A program made the position numbers and the translations under genes. Under the pieces are notes generated by a model. It was given only the letters and a program-made list of their open reading frames with translations, was not told where the DNA came from and did no database searches. Positions 61,192 to 64,000 of a DNA stretch of 64,000 bases are shown piece by piece (position 1 is the stretch's first letter; the number at the start of each line of letters is the position of its first letter). The stretch is from Squalus acanthias (Eukaryota): positions 105,464,001 through 105,528,000 of the forward strand of contig CM059432.1 of the NCBI GenBank assembly GCA_030390025.1, given 5' to 3'.

Positions 61192-62471
61192 GAACATAAG
61201 AACATAAGAAATAGGAGCAGGAGTAGGCCAATCGGCCCCTCGAGCCTGCTCTGCCATTCAATAAGATCATGGCTGATCTGATCCTAACCTCATATCTAAA
61301 GAACACAAGAAGTAGGAGCAGGACCTGGCCACTCAGCCCCTGGGCCCGCTCCGCCACCCACAGGGCCTTGACCGATCCGAACTCAGCCTCATGTCCAATT
61401 TCCTGCCCGCTCCCCGTAACCCCTAATTCCCTTTACTTCTAGGAAACTGTCTATTTCTGTTTTAAATTTATTTAATGATGTAGCTTCCACAGCTTCCTGG
61501 GGCAGCAAATTCCACAGCCTACTACCCTCTGAGTGAAGAAGTTTCTCCTCATCTCAGTTTTGAAAGACCAGTCCCTTATTCTAAGATTATGCCCCCTAGT
61601 TCTAGTTTCACCCATCCTTGGGAACATCCTTACCGCATCCACCCGATCAAGCCCCTTCACAATCTTATATGTTTCAATAAGATCGCCTCTCATTCTTCTG
61701 AACTCCAATGAGTAGAGTCCCAATCTACTCAACCTCTCCTCATATGTCCACCCCCTCATCCCTGGGATTAACCGAGTGAACCTTCTTTGTACTGCCTCGA
61801 GAGCAAGTATGTCTTTTCTTAAGTATGGACACCAAAACTGTATGCAGTATTCCAGGTGCGGTCTCACCAATACCTTATATAACTGCAGCAATACCTCCCT
61901 GTTTTTATAATCTATCCCCCTAGCAATAAAAGCCAACATTCCGTTGGCCTTCTTGATCACCTGCTGCACCTGCATACTAACTTTTTGATTTTCTTGCACT
62001 AGGACCCCCAGATCCCTTTGTACTGTAGTACTTTCCAGTTTCTCGCCATTAAGATAATAACTTGCTCTCTGATTTTTCCTGCCAAAGTGCATAACCTCAC
62101 ATTTTCCAATATTGTATTGCATCTGCCAAATCTCCGCCCACTCACCCAGCCTGTCTATATCCCCTTGTAGGTTTTTTATGTCCTCCTCACTTTCTACTTT
62201 CCCTCCCATCTTTGTATCATCTGCAAACTTTGATATGTTACACTCGGTCCCCTCCTCCAAATTGTTAATATAGATTGTAAAGATTTGGGGACCCAGCACC
62301 GACCCCTGCGGAACACCACTGGCTACTGGTTGCCAGTCCGAGAATGAACCATTTATCCCAACTCTCTGCTTCCTGTTAGATAACCAATCCTCCACCCATG
62401 CCAGAATATTACCCCCAATCCAGTGATTTTTTATCTTGAGCAATAATCTTTTATGTGGCACCTTGTTGAAT
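61192..62471 (-). mobile_element. 5'-truncated CR1, same subfamily as 15914-20100
   Basis: Near-identical RT (FADD intact) and the same double 3' tail. Confidence 0.93.
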
Positions 62472-62489
62472 GGTGCCACATAAAAGAAG

Positions 62490-63540
62490 GAGGGAAGTTG
62501 ACTGTGGCCCTGAATTTATACACCTTGGGGTCATTCCAGGCTGCAATAGGTGACATTAGCAAAGTCAGTCAATTTGCTGGGTGTGATCCACATACATGGA
62601 GTGGAGGTTGACCCTATGTCTGCGGATGATGTCGCCAAGGGCTGCATGTTGATGAGGAAGAGGAGGGGGGTCAAGGATAGATCCTTGGAGGACTCTGGAG
62701 GTAATGGTGCAGGGGTGGGAAGATGCTCTGGCTATAATCGGATAGGAGAGCTGGACAATGGAGAATAGGCATTGGTTGAGGATGGAGTGGTCTACTGTGT
62801 CAAAGGCTGCAGAGAGATCAAGGACAATGAACTGGGCTTATGTACTACAGTCAGAGAGGATGTTATTTGTGACTTTGATTAGGACTATTTCAGTGTTGTA
62901 GTTGTGGCTGAAATGTGTTTGGAAAGATTCAAACAAGGAGTTGCTGGCAAAGATGGACATGGATTTGGGAGCCAACAACATGTTCATGGACTTTGGAGAT
63001 AAGAGGGAGGTTGGAGATGGAGCAATAGTTTGCAAGGACAGAGGAGTCAAGGGTGTTTTTTTAAAGGGGGGAGGTGATGGTACTTTTGAAAGAGACGTGG
63101 ACACCACCTGAGTAGACAGAACCATTTATAATATTAGATAGCATGGAGCCCAAGAGGGAAGTGGGGTAGTCAGTAGTTTGTTGGGAATGGGGTAAAGTGA
63201 GCAGGGATTGGGTCTCATGGATGAGATGAGCTTCAAGAGGGCATGGGGGAGATGGGAGATCAACTAGAAAGCTACATGGGTTTAGGACTAGGGCAGGGAG
63301 GAACTGGAGGGGGAGATTTGGCTAAGTGGGCATGTGGAAGAGGGGAAGCAGCAGAGGCAGCTGAATGAATGGTCTCAATCTTAGTGACAATAAAGTTCAT
63401 GAGCTCCTTGCATTTGTTGATAGTGGAAGAGGCAGGGGAGATGGATGGTAGTGGAGAGAAGAAGTCAAGGGTTATCTTTACTCTCCAGGATAATCTTGGA
63501 GTAGTGGGCTGCATCAGCAGAGAATACTGAGGCCCAAAAG
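62490..63540 (-). mobile_element. Degenerate L2-type LINE RT fragment
   Basis: IVLDLSAAFDTVDHSIL, LFESFQ..F..N..TE..LIKVTNNIL, (Y)ADD remnant. Confidence 0.7.
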
Positions 63541-64000
63541 CACTGGATGTGGTCCAGCCAATCTGGTGATGGATGACTAAAGCAGTTGTGTGTCCAAAAT
63601 AACTGAAGGAGAGAGGAAAATTCAGTGTACTGTTTATGCTCTGAATTTCATTTGCACCAATCAAAAATGAAGCAGTTCCCCTTTAAGGAATCACTTCTTA
63701 AAAGGCTTGAACAGTACTGGCCTTTAATGTCCATTATATATTGATGGTCTGAGCAAGCTTCACGATCTCTGCATGTAAATGAGATTTCATGTGATTTCAT
63801 GTGGCGTTTCATTAACCTGCCATTAAAATTAAATTGCAAGGTGATTAACACTGGTATTCAACCAGATAGGAAATTTGGGCATTGTGCTCTTTCAACCAAT
63901 AGGCAGTGATTTTGAAATCTCCGATCTCGGGGGGGTTGTAGGCAGTGTTCCCTTTAAGCTGCGTGGCTCCAGGGGTCCAGCACAGCCAGTGAGCTGGCTT

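Noticed and set aside
1..64000. RTEL1 or ARFRP1 exons expected from mammalian TNFRSF6B synteny
   Set aside because: No recognisable exon found by eye.

Overview
Eukaryotic vertebrate DNA, most likely an elasmobranch (shark/ray), judged from its V-SINE/HE1-like and DeuSINE-like SINEs and CR1 and Penelope elements. There are no prokaryotic features. One host gene is supported: a 4-exon, 300-aa secreted TNF-receptor decoy (TNFRSF6B/DcR3-like; minus strand, 46218-37265) with an NF-kB/C-EBP promoter. Most of the rest is nested mobile DNA. The most unusual element is a young provirus (2261-9782; LTRs ~99% identical, 5-bp TSD, tRNA-Ser PBS). Its gag/pol backbone is non-gamma and possibly lokiretrovirus-like. 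It carries a gamma-type TM env at the 3' end plus a second, decayed, membrane-anchored glycoprotein-like remnant between RT and IN, and its leader can base-pair with the 5'-LTR poly(A) signal. Other notable items: a LINE family with a tRNA-derived 5' head, hammerhead ribozymes in Penelope termini, CR1s that share ORF1 but differ in ORF2 and tail, PIF/Harbinger transposons with their MITEs, an old Gypsy element, a 58-bp minisatellite, and a 32-bp copy of the exon-3 acceptor in intron 1 that could form a poison exon. Family names rest on motifs read by eye; no database search was run.
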